Shown: positions 29,934-40,229, counted from the stretch's first letter. The stretch: DNA of 64,000 bases from Eubacteriales bacterium (GCA_045654725.1 JAZONX010000030.1:5906-69905), one strand, 5' to 3'. Notes: a model not told the origin generated them from the letters alone. Translations and numbers: made by a program.

Positions 29934-29981
29934 TATTTACTTTTTGCCTCTTTTGTGTTAAAATAAACTGGGAGGTGCGGT

Positions 29982-30533
29982 ATGAAATATGAAATAAAGT
30001 ATTCAAAAAGAAAAACTCTATCTTTGTGCATAAAGAATGCCGAGTTGATCGTAAAAGCACCTCTGGGCACCTCTAAAAGAATAATCGATGAAATTGTCAA
30101 CTCCAAGATTGAATGGATTAATAAGGGGATTGAAAAGCAACAAAAAGAAGCAGAAAAAATCAATTCACTAACCGATGATCAAATACTCGAGCTTCGATGT
30201 TTGGCAAAAAGGGTAATCCCTCAAAAAGTGTTAATGTATTCAAAAATAATGGGGTTAAATTTCGGCAGAATAACAATTACAGGCGCTAAAACGCGTTTTG
30301 GGTCATGCTCATCAAAGGGAAATCTATCGTTTTCGTATCATTTGATGCTATATCCGGAGGAAGCAATTGACTACGTTGTGGTTCACGAGCTTGCACATTT
30401 AAAAGAGATGAATCACTCAAAGAAATTTTATGAAATTGTAGAATTTGTACTGCCTGATTATAAAAAGAGAAGAAAACTGCTAAAAAATGAGAAGCCATCA
30501 GGCTTCTCATTTTTAATATTCAAGTGTGTGTGA
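29982..30533 (+). CDS. YgjP/DUF45 (M48-like) zinc metallopeptidase-fold protein
   Basis: TRFGSCS, YVVVHELAHLKEMNHS. Confidence 0.9.
   Translation: MKYEIKYSKRKTLSLCIKNAELIVKAPLGTSKRIIDEIVNSKIEWINKGIEKQQKEAEKINSLTDDQILELRCLAKRVIPQKVLMYSKIMGLNFGRITITGAKTRFGSCSSKGNLSFSYHLMLYPEEAIDYVVVHELAHLKEMNHSKKFYEIVEFVLPDYKKRRKLLKNEKPSGFSFLIFKCV
30483..30514. terminator. bidirectional terminator lying inside the 3' end of the YgjP ORF
   Basis: Perfect AAAAATGAGAAGCC-ATCA-GGCTTCTCATTTTT. Confidence 0.8.
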
Positions 30534-30971
30534 CACCAATTTATCTCCTTCATAGCAGAGCTTTAAGGAGAAGAATCGTTTTTCTGTTTCCATCAGTTCG
30601 AAGAAAATTTTATCACCCTCCCATATAGGAAGAGTTGGAATAACCTCTTTTTTTACCCATTCGAGCTTGCCTTCATCGCAATTGTAGTCTATTTCACCTT
30701 CAAATTGTGTTGCAGTGAATAAATGCATATATTCTGTGCCGTAAAGGTCGGATACAAAGGTAATAATTCCACGATAATTTAGGTCGCGAACTATTATTCC
30801 TGTTTCTTCAAATATTTCACGTCTTGCACAGTCGAAAGGGGTCTCACCCTCCTCGAGCTTACCACCGACGCCAACCCATTTATCCTTGTTCATATCATTA
30901 TTTTTTTTAATGCGGTGTATCATAAGATACGCTCCGTCTTTTTCAATGTAGCAGAGAGTAGTGTTAAACAT
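30513..30971 (-). CDS. NUDIX 8-oxo-dGTP diphosphatase (MutT/MutX-like)
   Basis: Nudix box GGKLEEGETPFDCARREIFEETG; LPIWEGD. Confidence 0.92.
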   Translation of the reverse strand: MFNTTLCYIEKDGAYLMIHRIKKNNDMNKDKWVGVGGKLEEGETPFDCARREIFEETGIIVRDLNYRGIITFVSDLYGTEYMHLFTATQFEGEIDYNCDEGKLEWVKKEVIPTLPIWEGDKIFFELMETEKRFFSLKLCYEGDKLVSHTLEY

Positions 30972-31071
30972 AAATCGTCCTCACTTTCCATAGAATATTT
31001 TATCACTTTTCGGGATAAATTTCAAGAGAAAAAATAAAGTGTGTATAATTTGTTAAAACAGCCGAAAGCAC

Positions 31072-31117
31072 TTGACTTTTTCTGTAAAATATGTATAATA
31101 GTTAAGTGGTTAATTAT
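31072..31117 (+). promoter_or_regulatory. sigma-A promoter with overlapping MarR-type operator
   Basis: TTGACT-16nt-TATAAT; near-palindrome ATAGTTAA-GTGG-TTAATTAT at 31098-31117. Confidence 0.65.
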
Positions 31118-31152
31118 TAAGAAGTTAACGAATTTGAAAAAGGAGAGCAATA

Positions 31153-31605
31153 ATGACTGATACAAAGCTTTCAAAGGCTATCAATATGATGATTAAAACC
31201 GATCATATGCATAGATCTCTTATCGATTCCCGTGTTGGAAGTCTTGGAATACATCGTACTCATCACAGAATACTTATGCATCTTGCGATACGCGATAAGC
31301 TTCCATCACAGAAGGAACTTGCCGATCATCTTAACATAACTCCGGCAGCAGTTACCGGTGCAATACAGAAAATCGAAAAGCAGGGATATATCGAAAGAAC
31401 GCTCGGACACGATAACAGATATAACGAGATTCGTATAACGGAAAAGGGGAGAGAACTCGTTACACAGACGAAAATAATGTTCAGTGAGGCCGACAGCTCT
31501 ATGTTCGAAGGTTTTACAGACGAGGAGCTTGATATATACATCGCCTGTCTTGAAAAGCTTCAGGGCAATATTAGAAAGCAATGCGAAGGGAAGGATCACC
31601 AATGA
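31153..31605 (+). CDS. MarR family regulator
   Basis: SQKELADHLNITPAAVT...DNR...ITEKG. Confidence 0.93.
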   Translation: MTDTKLSKAINMMIKTDHMHRSLIDSRVGSLGIHRTHHRILMHLAIRDKLPSQKELADHLNITPAAVTGAIQKIEKQGYIERTLGHDNRYNEIRITEKGRELVTQTKIMFSEADSSMFEGFTDEELDIYIACLEKLQGNIRKQCEGKDHQ

Positions 31606-33332
31606 AAAGATGGTTTAAATATATAAAACCCTATTTAGCTTCATTTATCCTTGGTCCGCTCGGAATGATCGTCGAGGTAATTGGAGAGATGTTTATGCCA
31701 TTCTTGCTTGCGCAGCTTATCAATAGCGCAAACGATGGCACTCTCGATGAGGGGAAAAGCATTGGAATCGCAGCTATTCTTATAGGTATCGTTCTTCTAA
31801 TGATGTCCGGCGGTGTTGCAGGTGCATACTTCGGTGCAAAAGCATCGGTGAATTTTGCTGCAGACCTTAGACGGGATTTGTACTCAAAAGTTCAACAGTA
31901 TTCTTTTGCAAATATAGATAAGTTTTCCACGAGCTCGCTTGTTACGAGAATGACAAACGATGTTACACAGATTCAGAATTTCGTTAATATGCTTCTCCGA
32001 ATGGCGCTTCGCTCACCCGGTATGCTTATAGGCGGAATCATAATGGCAATCACATTAAAGCCGAGTCTATCTGTTATTCTTGCTGTTACAATGCCAATAA
32101 TGCTTTTGGTTATTTTCGGTCTTATTATGCTTGGTTTCCCGAGATTTGAAAAGCTGCAGAAGAAGGTTGATAAGCTAAACTCCACCGTGCGTGAAAATGT
32201 TACTAACGTTAGAGTAGTAAAATCCTTTGTTCGTGAGAATTATGAGAACGAAAAGTTTGTAGCTGATAATGATGACCTAAAAGATAGTGGAATGCATGCT
32301 GTTAAGGTGCTAATTTGGGCGGGCCCGGTAATGAACATCTTTATGTATATCACGGTAATCGCAGTTGTTTGGTCGGGTCATAAAATTGTTCTTTCAAACG
32401 GAATGCCTGTTGGTGACCTTTCGGCATTTATCAGTTATACAACACAGATACTCTCTTCGCTAATGATGGTGTCTATGCTCTTTATGTTCTCCTCCAGAGC
32501 TCTAGCTTCAGGAAAGAGAATTTGCGAGGTCCTTGATGAAGAAATTGATATAAACGATATAAATTCTGTGGCAGAAAGAAAAATCATAGATGGCAATATC
32601 GAATTCAAGAACGTTTCCTTCCGTTACTATAAGAACAGCGAGGAGGCGGTTCTAGACAACATCAACCTTAATATTCCGGCAGGTGCAACGGTCGGAATTA
32701 TCGGTTCAACAGGATGCGGAAAAACAACTCTTGTGTCGATGATTCCACGCCTTTATGATGTTGACGAAGGTCAGGTTCTGATCGATGGTGTTGACGTAAA
32801 GGACTACTCACTTGTTAATCTTCGTGACGGTATCGGAATGGTGCTTCAGAAAAATCTTCTTTTCTCGGGAAGTATAGCATACAACCTTCGTTGGGGTGAT
32901 GCTGACGCAACAGATGATGAGATGATTCTAGCGGCAGAGCACTCTGCCGCACATAAGTTTGTTTCGACATTTGCCGATGGATACGAGACTTTACTTGAAA
33001 AAGGAGGCATGAATCTTTCCGGCGGACAGAAACAGCGCCTTTGCATAGCTCGTGCACTTCTCAAAAAGCCTAAGATTATTATTCTTGACGACTCAACAAG
33101 CGCGGTTGATACTGCAACAGAAAAGCAAATCAGAGATGCTTTTGCAACCGATTTGGTTGGAAGCACCAAAATTATTATAGCTCAGCGTATCAGCTCGGTA
33201 ATGGATGCCGATTCTATAATCGTTATGAATGAAGGACGTATCACAGGAATTGGTACACATAGCCAGCTCCTCGAGAAAAACGAGGAATACGGCGAGATTT
33301 ACTACTCTCAGATGGATAAGAAGGAGGCGTAA
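31602..33332 (+). CDS. heterodimeric ABC exporter, subunit 1 (TMD+NBD)
   Basis: 6 TM; GSTGCGKT; LSGGQKQR; degenerate Walker B LDDS. Confidence 0.93.
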   Translation: MKRWFKYIKPYLASFILGPLGMIVEVIGEMFMPFLLAQLINSANDGTLDEGKSIGIAAILIGIVLLMMSGGVAGAYFGAKASVNFAADLRRDLYSKVQQYSFANIDKFSTSSLVTRMTNDVTQIQNFVNMLLRMALRSPGMLIGGIIMAITLKPSLSVILAVTMPIMLLVIFGLIMLGFPRFEKLQKKVDKLNSTVRENVTNVRVVKSFVRENYENEKFVADNDDLKDSGMHAVKVLIWAGPVMNIFMYITVIAVVWSGHKIVLSNGMPVGDLSAFISYTTQILSSLMMVSMLFMFSSRALASGKRICEVLDEEIDINDINSVAERKIIDGNIEFKNVSFRYYKNSEEAVLDNINLNIPAGATVGIIGSTGCGKTTLVSMIPRLYDVDEGQVLIDGVDVKDYSLVNLRDGIGMVLQKNLLFSGSIAYNLRWGDADATDDEMILAAEHSAAHKFVSTFADGYETLLEKGGMNLSGGQKQRLCIARALLKKPKIIILDDSTSAVDTATEKQIRDAFATDLVGSTKIIIAQRISSVMDADSIIVMNEGRITGIGTHSQLLEKNEEYGEIYYSQMDKKEA

Positions 33333-33333
33333 T

Positions 33334-35271
33334 ATGGCAAGAAATCTTGCAGAACTTCAAAAACAGTATAATAGCGTCTCTCACGGTATGTCCCTGAGAG
33401 GAGGCGGTCCCGGCAGAGGTCGAGGTCCGGGAGGCAAGGGTAAGCCTAAAAATATATCAGCAACAATTAAACGACTTCTTAATTATGTTGGAAAATATAA
33501 GTTAAGATTGATTTTTGTATTTCTTTCAATGGCGCTTACTACAATAAGCTCGCTATGCGCAGGATATCTTATCGCTCCGATAATCACGAGACTCACTTTA
33601 GAGATTAACCCCAATGCAAATATTTCTCGAAGTGCACTTGAGAGAGGTGCTCATAGTATAGTTGAGTCTTTTGCGTCGATGCTAGGCGACAAAAATTCAG
33701 TTACTGTGTATGTATTTGCCGCTTTGATTATTCTTGCTACCGTCTACTGTATATCGGCATTTGGTAGCTATTTGCAGTCGAGATTAATGCTCTCTGTTTC
33801 ACAGAACTCTATTAAGGCGATCCGAGAAGACCTTTTCAAGAGCTTACAGAAACTCCCGGTTAAATATTTTGATTCTCACCCTACGGGCGAGATAATGAGC
33901 CGATTTACCAATGACGTTGATAATATCGACGTGATGCTCAATAATTCCTTAACGTCGGTTGTTAGTGGTATAATCAGCCTTGTGGGAACATTCATCTTTA
34001 TGCTAACAACCAATGTTTGGCTCACCCTTGTAACGGTAGTTTTTCTACCATTGCTTTTCTTTGCTGCGGGAACAATAGCCAAAAACTCATCAAAGTATTA
34101 CGGTGCACAGCAGGCTGCAATAGGTGCAGTAAACGGATATATTGAGGAAACTATAAGCGGACAGAAGGTTGTCAAGGTGTTTAACCACGAGGATGAGTGT
34201 ATTGATGAAATGAATCTCCTTAATGAGGATCTCAGAAATAAGCAAGAAAAAGCTCAGTTCTGGGGCGGTGTAACAGGCCCGATAATGCACAACATCAGTT
34301 TAATTTCCTATGCCGTAACCCTTGGTGTAGGCGGTATATTGATGGTTACAACCGGATTTACACCCGGTGCTCTTACGGTTTTTGCAAACTACTCGAAGCA
34401 ATTTTCAATGCCCATTAGCCAACTTTCACAGCAGGTATCTACGCTCTTCGCAGCACTTGCGGGAGCAGAGCGGGTGTTCAACGTGATGGATGAATCTCCT
34501 GAAGAACCCGATGCGATTGATGCTACCGATGATAAAATCTCGGGACACGTAATTATGGAAAACGTAACCTTTGGTTACGAGCCAGGCAAAACCGTTCTCA
34601 AAAATATCAGTTTGTATGCCAGACCCGGCCAAAAGATAGCCTTTGTAGGTTCTACAGGTGCAGGTAAAACAACGATAACTAACCTTCTTAACCGTTTCTA
34701 CGATATTGAGGAGGGAAGCATTACTATTGACGGAAAGCCGTTAAAATCATACAAGCGAGATTTTCTTCGACAAAACATTGCAATGGTGCTTCAGGACACG
34801 CATCTCTTTACCGGAACTGTAATGGAGAATATTCGTTACGGCCGTCTTGATGCTACCGACGAAGAAGTTATCGCAGCGGCAAGAACGGCAAGTGCTCACA
34901 GTTTCATCATGCGTCTTGAGCATGGTTATGACACCGTTCTTGAGGGCGATGGTGCAAACCTCTCGCAGGGTCAGCGTCAGCTTCTAAATATTGCGAGAGC
35001 TGCACTCTCTAAAGCGCCTATTCTTGTTCTTGACGAGGCAACATCGTCGGTTGACACCCGTACAGAGCGACATATTGAGCGCGGTATGGATAGACTTATG
35101 AAGGATAGAACAACATTTGTAATTGCTCACCGACTTTCTACAGTACGCAATTCCAACGCAATTATGGTACTTGAAAAGGGTGAAATTATAGAGCGCGGCG
35201 ATCATGATGATCTTCTCGAACAGAAGGGAAGATATTATGAGCTTTATACAGGTCTTAAAGAACTCGATTAA
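33334..35271 (+). CDS. heterodimeric ABC exporter, subunit 2 (TMD+NBD)
   Basis: AAGGAGG RBS; GSTGAGKT; LSQGQRQ; LDEATS. Confidence 0.93.
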   Translation: MARNLAELQKQYNSVSHGMSLRGGGPGRGRGPGGKGKPKNISATIKRLLNYVGKYKLRLIFVFLSMALTTISSLCAGYLIAPIITRLTLEINPNANISRSALERGAHSIVESFASMLGDKNSVTVYVFAALIILATVYCISAFGSYLQSRLMLSVSQNSIKAIREDLFKSLQKLPVKYFDSHPTGEIMSRFTNDVDNIDVMLNNSLTSVVSGIISLVGTFIFMLTTNVWLTLVTVVFLPLLFFAAGTIAKNSSKYYGAQQAAIGAVNGYIEETISGQKVVKVFNHEDECIDEMNLLNEDLRNKQEKAQFWGGVTGPIMHNISLISYAVTLGVGGILMVTTGFTPGALTVFANYSKQFSMPISQLSQQVSTLFAALAGAERVFNVMDESPEEPDAIDATDDKISGHVIMENVTFGYEPGKTVLKNISLYARPGQKIAFVGSTGAGKTTITNLLNRFYDIEEGSITIDGKPLKSYKRDFLRQNIAMVLQDTHLFTGTVMENIRYGRLDATDEEVIAAARTASAHSFIMRLEHGYDTVLEGDGANLSQGQRQLLNIARAALSKAPILVLDEATSSVDTRTERHIERGMDRLMKDRTTFVIAHRLSTVRNSNAIMVLEKGEIIERGDHDDLLEQKGRYYELYTGLKELD

Positions 35272-35274
35272 TAC

Positions 35275-35303
35275 AAAAAAAGGCGAGCCATTCGGCTCGC
35301 CTT
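35275..35303. terminator. terminator between convergent ABC and gltX genes
   Basis: AAGGCGAGCC-ATTC-GGCTCGCCTT with A-run. Confidence 0.85.
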
Positions 35304-35319
35304 AATCATTTAAAAGAGT

Positions 35320-36765
35320 TTATGCAAGTTTTGTCAGAGCGCTTTCAATTCTTGCGATGGATTCTTCTTTACCGATAACCTCCATAATCTCAGTCGCACC
35401 ACCGGGGGTTGCAGTCATACCGGAAACGGCAATACGCACGCACCACATGAGAGTACCGGTTTTTATCTGGAGTTTTTCGGCGATAGGCATAAGCGATGCA
35501 AAGAGAGTGTCATTATCGAACAGGTCAACGCCTGCAAGAATATCCTTTGCTTCTGCAAGAACCGTCTTTACAATCTCATAATCAGCGATCTTGTTTTTCT
35601 TGTTAAGGAAGAGCTCCTTATCGTACTCGGGGAGTGTGATGAAGAACGCCATTCTCTCGTCGATTTCAGAAAGCTTTGCTATTCTGGTCTTTAGAAGACC
35701 AAGCATCTTTGCTTTGTTGATGTTTGTGGGAATTTCCGTTTTAATAAAGCTCTCGATAATCTCTGCGAACTTCTCGTCTTCAAGCTTATGAATATATTCA
35801 CCGTTAAACCAAAGAAGCTTTTCAAAATCAAACACAGAGGGAGACTTGGATACGCCTTCGATGGTAAAAGCGGTTTTTAATTCGTCGAGAGTGAAGAATT
35901 CCTGCTCGCCGCCCTTGGGACACCAACCGAGCAGAGAAATGTAGTTTATAATTGCCTCAGGAAGATAACCGTCTGCAACAAGATCCTGGAAGGAAACTGC
36001 GCCGTGACGTTTGGAGAGCTTGGAAATATTGCCTTCAGCATCTTTACCCATAAGAAGGGGAAGATGAACGTAGGTGGGTCTTTCCCAGCCGTATGCATCA
36101 TAAAGAAGAACGTATTTGGGAGTGGAGGTAAGATACTCCGATCCTCTTACAACGTGTGTAACGCCCATAAGGTGGTCGTCAATAACGTGACAGAAGTTAT
36201 AGGTAGGATATCCGTCGGCTTTCATCAAGATCTGATCTTGTAGCTCTTCGTTGTTCATAGAAATATCACCGAATACTTCGTCATGATAGCTTGTAACACC
36301 TTCGGTAGGCATCTTCTGACGGATAACAAAGGGAATACCTGCAGCGAGATTTGCCTCCACCTCTTCCTTGGAAAGATTTCTGCAATGTCTGTCATAACCG
36401 CCCATTGCATCTTCCTCGTGGAGTTTCTCAAGACGCTCCTTGGTGCAGAAGCAATAATATGCGTGGCCCATTTCAACAAGCTTCTTTGCATATTCCATAT
36501 ATATCTCTTTACGCTCGGACTGAACGTAGGGACCGTGGTCGCCACCAACATCGGGACCTTCATCCCAGTTGAGACCGGTCATATTAAGTGTTGACTTAAT
36601 AACGTCTGTTGCACCTTCAACAAGTCTTTCGCGGTCGGTATCCTCAATACGAAGAATGAATGTCCCACCATCGTGCTTTGAAATAAGATAAGAATAAAGC
36701 GCAGTCCTGAGGTTACCAATATGCATATATCCTGTAGGGCTGGGCGCAAATCTTGTAACTGTCAT
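35320..36765 (-). CDS. gltX: glutamate--tRNA ligase
   Basis: RFAPSPTG..HIGN, RIEDTD, KLSKR. Confidence 0.97.
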   Translation of the reverse strand: MTVTRFAPSPTGYMHIGNLRTALYSYLISKHDGGTFILRIEDTDRERLVEGATDVIKSTLNMTGLNWDEGPDVGGDHGPYVQSERKEIYMEYAKKLVEMGHAYYCFCTKERLEKLHEEDAMGGYDRHCRNLSKEEVEANLAAGIPFVIRQKMPTEGVTSYHDEVFGDISMNNEELQDQILMKADGYPTYNFCHVIDDHLMGVTHVVRGSEYLTSTPKYVLLYDAYGWERPTYVHLPLLMGKDAEGNISKLSKRHGAVSFQDLVADGYLPEAIINYISLLGWCPKGGEQEFFTLDELKTAFTIEGVSKSPSVFDFEKLLWFNGEYIHKLEDEKFAEIIESFIKTEIPTNINKAKMLGLLKTRIAKLSEIDERMAFFITLPEYDKELFLNKKNKIADYEIVKTVLAEAKDILAGVDLFDNDTLFASLMPIAEKLQIKTGTLMWCVRIAVSGMTATPGGATEIMEVIGKEESIARIESALTKLA

Positions 36766-36908
36766 TTTTTTACTCCTATAAGTTAATTATCACCGTACAT
36801 TTTAACACAAAATTAATATTTAGTCAATCCAAATGTGTAAATTTATTTGACATTCTGTGATAAAATATGTTAAAATACATTTAATTAGAAATTATGGGGG
36901 TGATTTTG

Positions 36909-38408
36909 ATGTTTAAAACCTCGTTTTCAAAATATCTAACAGCCTTTATAGTAACAATCTTTGTGAGCTTTCTTATATTATCAGGTATTATTACTGCGAT
37001 GGTACGAAACTATGCAATGGGTGATACCGAGGATCGACTTGGTAAGGAGTGCTCCATCGTTGTTAACCTTATTAGTGAAAACGGAGTTGGAAATGTAGAG
37101 GAAGAGATATTTGCTGTAGCAGAAAACATTACACCTATGGTAAACCTTAACCCCGATTTTTACGTTATGGTAACCGATGAGAATGGAAATATATTTCTTT
37201 CGACTGCTCATTCGGAAAATGGGACCACGCCGATAATCGATGTTAATGGTCAAATTGGCCATATATCGCTCTCCGATTTTGAAAAGCAAAAAAATGACGA
37301 GGGGGATGTTGGATATTTGTATAATGGCAGTATTGGTGATTCGCTTAATGACCAATATATGGTTTATGCAATGCCCGTCCTTTCAAAAGGCGAAACCAAA
37401 TATTACGTAATGACGATGGCATCTACCAATAAAGAGAGCAACTTTGTAAGTATTACTCGTCGAGTTGTTATCAATAGCTCTATATGGGTAATGCTTGTTG
37501 CTGTTATCGCAGCATACTTTATCACCGAGAGAATCGTTCATCCTATGAGAAAGATGACTGCCGCTGCAGAGAGGTTTGCTAAAGGTGATTTCTCCGCAAG
37601 AGTTAGTGTCAAAAATCGACATGATGAGGTTGGAAAGCTTGGAATAGCGTTCAATGAAATGGCAGACTCGCTTGAAAGCCTTGAAAAAATGCGTAATTCG
37701 TTTCTCGCTAATATTTCTCATGATTTAAGAACTCCTATGACAACCATTTCCGGTTTTATCGACGGAATAAACTCGGGTGCGATTCCACCTGAAAAGCATG
37801 AATATTACCTCGGTGTGATTTCTGCTGAGGTGCATAGGTTATCAAGACTTGTTTCTCAGCTTCTCGACGTTTCAAGACTCGAGTCGGGCGAGAGAAAGTT
37901 CACCTTTACCGATTTCGACATCGCCGAGGTTGCAAGAATTATTCTGATTTCTTTTGAACAAAAAATCGAGGATAAGCGACTCGACGTTGAGTTTGATTCC
38001 GAGTTTGATGGAATGTACGTTAGAGCCGATAAGGATGCGATTTACCAGGTGCTATATAACCTATGCCATAATGCGATTAAGTTCGCACGAGAGGAAGGTA
38101 AGCTGAGAATTCGTATCACCCGAATAACCGACTCCAAGCTTAAAGTAGCGGTTTATGATCAAGGACAGGTAATTTCCGAGGAAGATGAAAAACTTATCTT
38201 TGACCGTTTCTATAAAACCGACAAGAGTAGAGGACTTGACAAGAGTGGTGTAGGACTCGGTCTCTATATTTGCAAAACCATAATCGAGGCACATGGCGAA
38301 ACCGTTGGAGTAGACTCTACGGTGCAGGATGGATGCGAATTTTGGTTCACTCTTACAGAGGGCACGCAACCCAATAAGCGCAAACAAATGCTTGACATAC
38401 CTAAATAA
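36909..38408 (+). CDS. membrane sensor histidine kinase (HAMP-HisKA-HATPase); no adjacent response regulator
   Basis: 2 TM, HAMP, SHDLRTPMT, N box NAIKF, FDRFYK, GVGLGL. Confidence 0.94.
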   Translation: MFKTSFSKYLTAFIVTIFVSFLILSGIITAMVRNYAMGDTEDRLGKECSIVVNLISENGVGNVEEEIFAVAENITPMVNLNPDFYVMVTDENGNIFLSTAHSENGTTPIIDVNGQIGHISLSDFEKQKNDEGDVGYLYNGSIGDSLNDQYMVYAMPVLSKGETKYYVMTMASTNKESNFVSITRRVVINSSIWVMLVAVIAAYFITERIVHPMRKMTAAAERFAKGDFSARVSVKNRHDEVGKLGIAFNEMADSLESLEKMRNSFLANISHDLRTPMTTISGFIDGINSGAIPPEKHEYYLGVISAEVHRLSRLVSQLLDVSRLESGERKFTFTDFDIAEVARIILISFEQKIEDKRLDVEFDSEFDGMYVRADKDAIYQVLYNLCHNAIKFAREEGKLRIRITRITDSKLKVAVYDQGQVISEEDEKLIFDRFYKTDKSRGLDKSGVGLGLYICKTIIEAHGETVGVDSTVQDGCEFWFTLTEGTQPNKRKQMLDIPK

Positions 38409-38410
38409 AT

Positions 38411-38455
38411 AAAAAAGCCGCGTTTTGGTTTTCTCAAAACGCGGTAATATTTTTT
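38411..38455 (+). terminator. rho-independent terminator
   Basis: CCGCGTTTTG...CAAAACGCGG stem with T-rich tail. Confidence 0.7.
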
Positions 38456-38583
38456 GAAAATAGAAATTATAATTTTTGTTTGCCGAATAGTAGGAAAAAA
38501 TAACCGATTACGCGAAACTACTTGTTTTTTAATATCTAATCGCTACAATAAGATGTGAAGTAATTGGAAAGACGGTAAATGAA

Positions 38584-39312
38584 ATGCTGGCCATAAGTAC
38601 AAGTAATTTGACAAAAAAATATAAGGATTTGATTGCGGTTGATAAACTGAATCTAAATATTCAAAAGGGAGAATTGTTTTCTTTGCTAGGTGTTAATGGA
38701 TCGGGTAAATCTACAATAGTAAAGATGCTCTCATGTATAACTAAGCCAACAGAAGGGGATGCAATTGTTTGTGGAAATAGGATTCTTCATGATGATGTAC
38801 AAGTCAAGAGTATTATAGGTTTTTCTCCTCAAGAAACCGCGGTCGCTCAAAATTTATCAGTAAAGGAAAATCTTGAACTAATATGCGGCATACATGAATT
38901 TTCAAAGGCGAAAACAAAGAGAAAGATTGAACAGCTGACATATAGATTAGGGCTAGATTCTGTTTTAAAGAAGAAAGCCGGGCTTCTTTCGGGTGGTTGG
39001 CAAAGGAGACTTAGTATAGCAATGGCTCTTGTTAGCGAACCGGAGGTGTTATTTCTTGATGAACCAACATTGGGACTTGATGTAATTGCTAGGGCGGAAC
39101 TGTGGGAAATTATCAAGTCATTGAAGGGCAGAGTAACTATATTGCTCACAACTCACTATATGGAAGAGGTTGAAGAACTATCTGATCGAGTAGGTATTAT
39201 CAATAAGGGCAGACTTTTAACGGTAGGAACGGTTAATGATCTTAAATGCAAAATGGGTTGTGACATATTCGAACAGGCTTTTATTAAATTAATAAAGGAG
39301 GCGAAAATATGA
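38584..39312 (+). CDS. ABC-2 type transporter ATP-binding protein
   Basis: GVNGSGKST, LSGGWQRR, LDEPTLGLD. Confidence 0.93.
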   Translation: MLAISTSNLTKKYKDLIAVDKLNLNIQKGELFSLLGVNGSGKSTIVKMLSCITKPTEGDAIVCGNRILHDDVQVKSIIGFSPQETAVAQNLSVKENLELICGIHEFSKAKTKRKIEQLTYRLGLDSVLKKKAGLLSGGWQRRLSIAMALVSEPEVLFLDEPTLGLDVIARAELWEIIKSLKGRVTILLTTHYMEEVEELSDRVGIINKGRLLTVGTVNDLKCKMGCDIFEQAFIKLIKEAKI

Positions 39313-40037
39313 TGAGAACAATAACCTTTGCCAAGAGATGTTCCAAGGAAATCTTTCGCGACCCAATCAACATTATTTTTGGATTAGGATTTCCTGTTAT
39401 AATTTTAATTATGCTCAATATGATTAATAAGAATGTTCCTGCGGAAATATATAAGATTGAAGAACTAACACCAGGGATTACTATCTTTGGATTGTCATTT
39501 ATGACTCTTTTTTCTGCGACTTTAATATCTAGGGACAGAGAGAGTTCTTTTTTACAAAGACTTTACACAACGCCATTAAAGCCTTACGAATATATTATTG
39601 GATACTTGTTGCCTATAATTCCAATGTCCGTAGTTCAAGCAGCTATATGTTATATCTTCGCAATCTGCCTGGGATTATCTTGCGGAATTAATGTATTACG
39701 TGCTGTTTGTCTAATTGGACCAATAAGTATATTTTATATCGGACTTGGTTTGTTATGTGGTAGCACACTTAACGTTAAGCAGGTCGGAGGCATTTGTGGT
39801 GGTTTATTTACTAATATTTCTGCTTGGCTGTCCGGCGCGTGGTTTGACATTGATTTGCTTGGAGGTACATATAAGAAATTAGCAAATATTTTACCATTCG
39901 TTCATGCTGTTGAACTTGAAAAAGCAGTTTTAAATGGAAATTATGGTAATGTAACAGAGCATTTGCTTGTTGTTTTGGGTTATGGTATTTTGGTTATGCT
40001 ATTTGCAACCGTCCTCTTTCTTCGGCAAATGAAATGA
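39309..40037 (+). CDS. ABC-2 type transporter permease
   Basis: 6 TM, EIFRDP, LSGAWF, LPFVHAVE. Confidence 0.9.
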   Translation: MMRTITFAKRCSKEIFRDPINIIFGLGFPVIILIMLNMINKNVPAEIYKIEELTPGITIFGLSFMTLFSATLISRDRESSFLQRLYTTPLKPYEYIIGYLLPIIPMSVVQAAICYIFAICLGLSCGINVLRAVCLIGPISIFYIGLGLLCGSTLNVKQVGGICGGLFTNISAWLSGAWFDIDLLGGTYKKLANILPFVHAVELEKAVLNGNYGNVTEHLLVVLGYGILVMLFATVLFLRQMK

Positions 40038-40040
40038 AAA

Positions 40041-40076
40041 CGAGGTTACAAGCTATGATGAGCATTGTAAACCTCG
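40041..40076. terminator. imperfect hairpin between permease and tRNA 3' end
   Basis: CGAGGTTACAA...TTGTAAACCTCG. Confidence 0.55.
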
Positions 40077-40078
40077 CG

Positions 40079-40161
40079 TGGTGCGGGTAACAGGAGTCGA
40101 ACCTGCACGTGTAAACACCAGATCCTAAGTCTGGCGCGTCTGCCAATTCCGCCATACCCGC
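40079..40161 (-). tRNA. tRNA-Leu(TAG)
   Basis: Reverse complement GCGGGTATGGCGGAATTGGCAGACGCGCCAGACTTAGGATCTGG...GGTTCGACTCC...CCCGCACCA; long variable arm; encoded CCA. Confidence 0.97.
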
Positions 40162-40174
40162 ATTTTCCTTAGCT

Positions 40175-40203
40175 ATTCTATCATATTATCAACAAAATGT
40201 CAA
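40175..40203 (-). promoter_or_regulatory. sigma-A promoter of tRNA-Leu
   Basis: TTGACA-17nt-TAGAAT with extended TG. Confidence 0.75.
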
Positions 40204-40229
40204 TAGAATTTCTTCGTAAAAAATAATTT

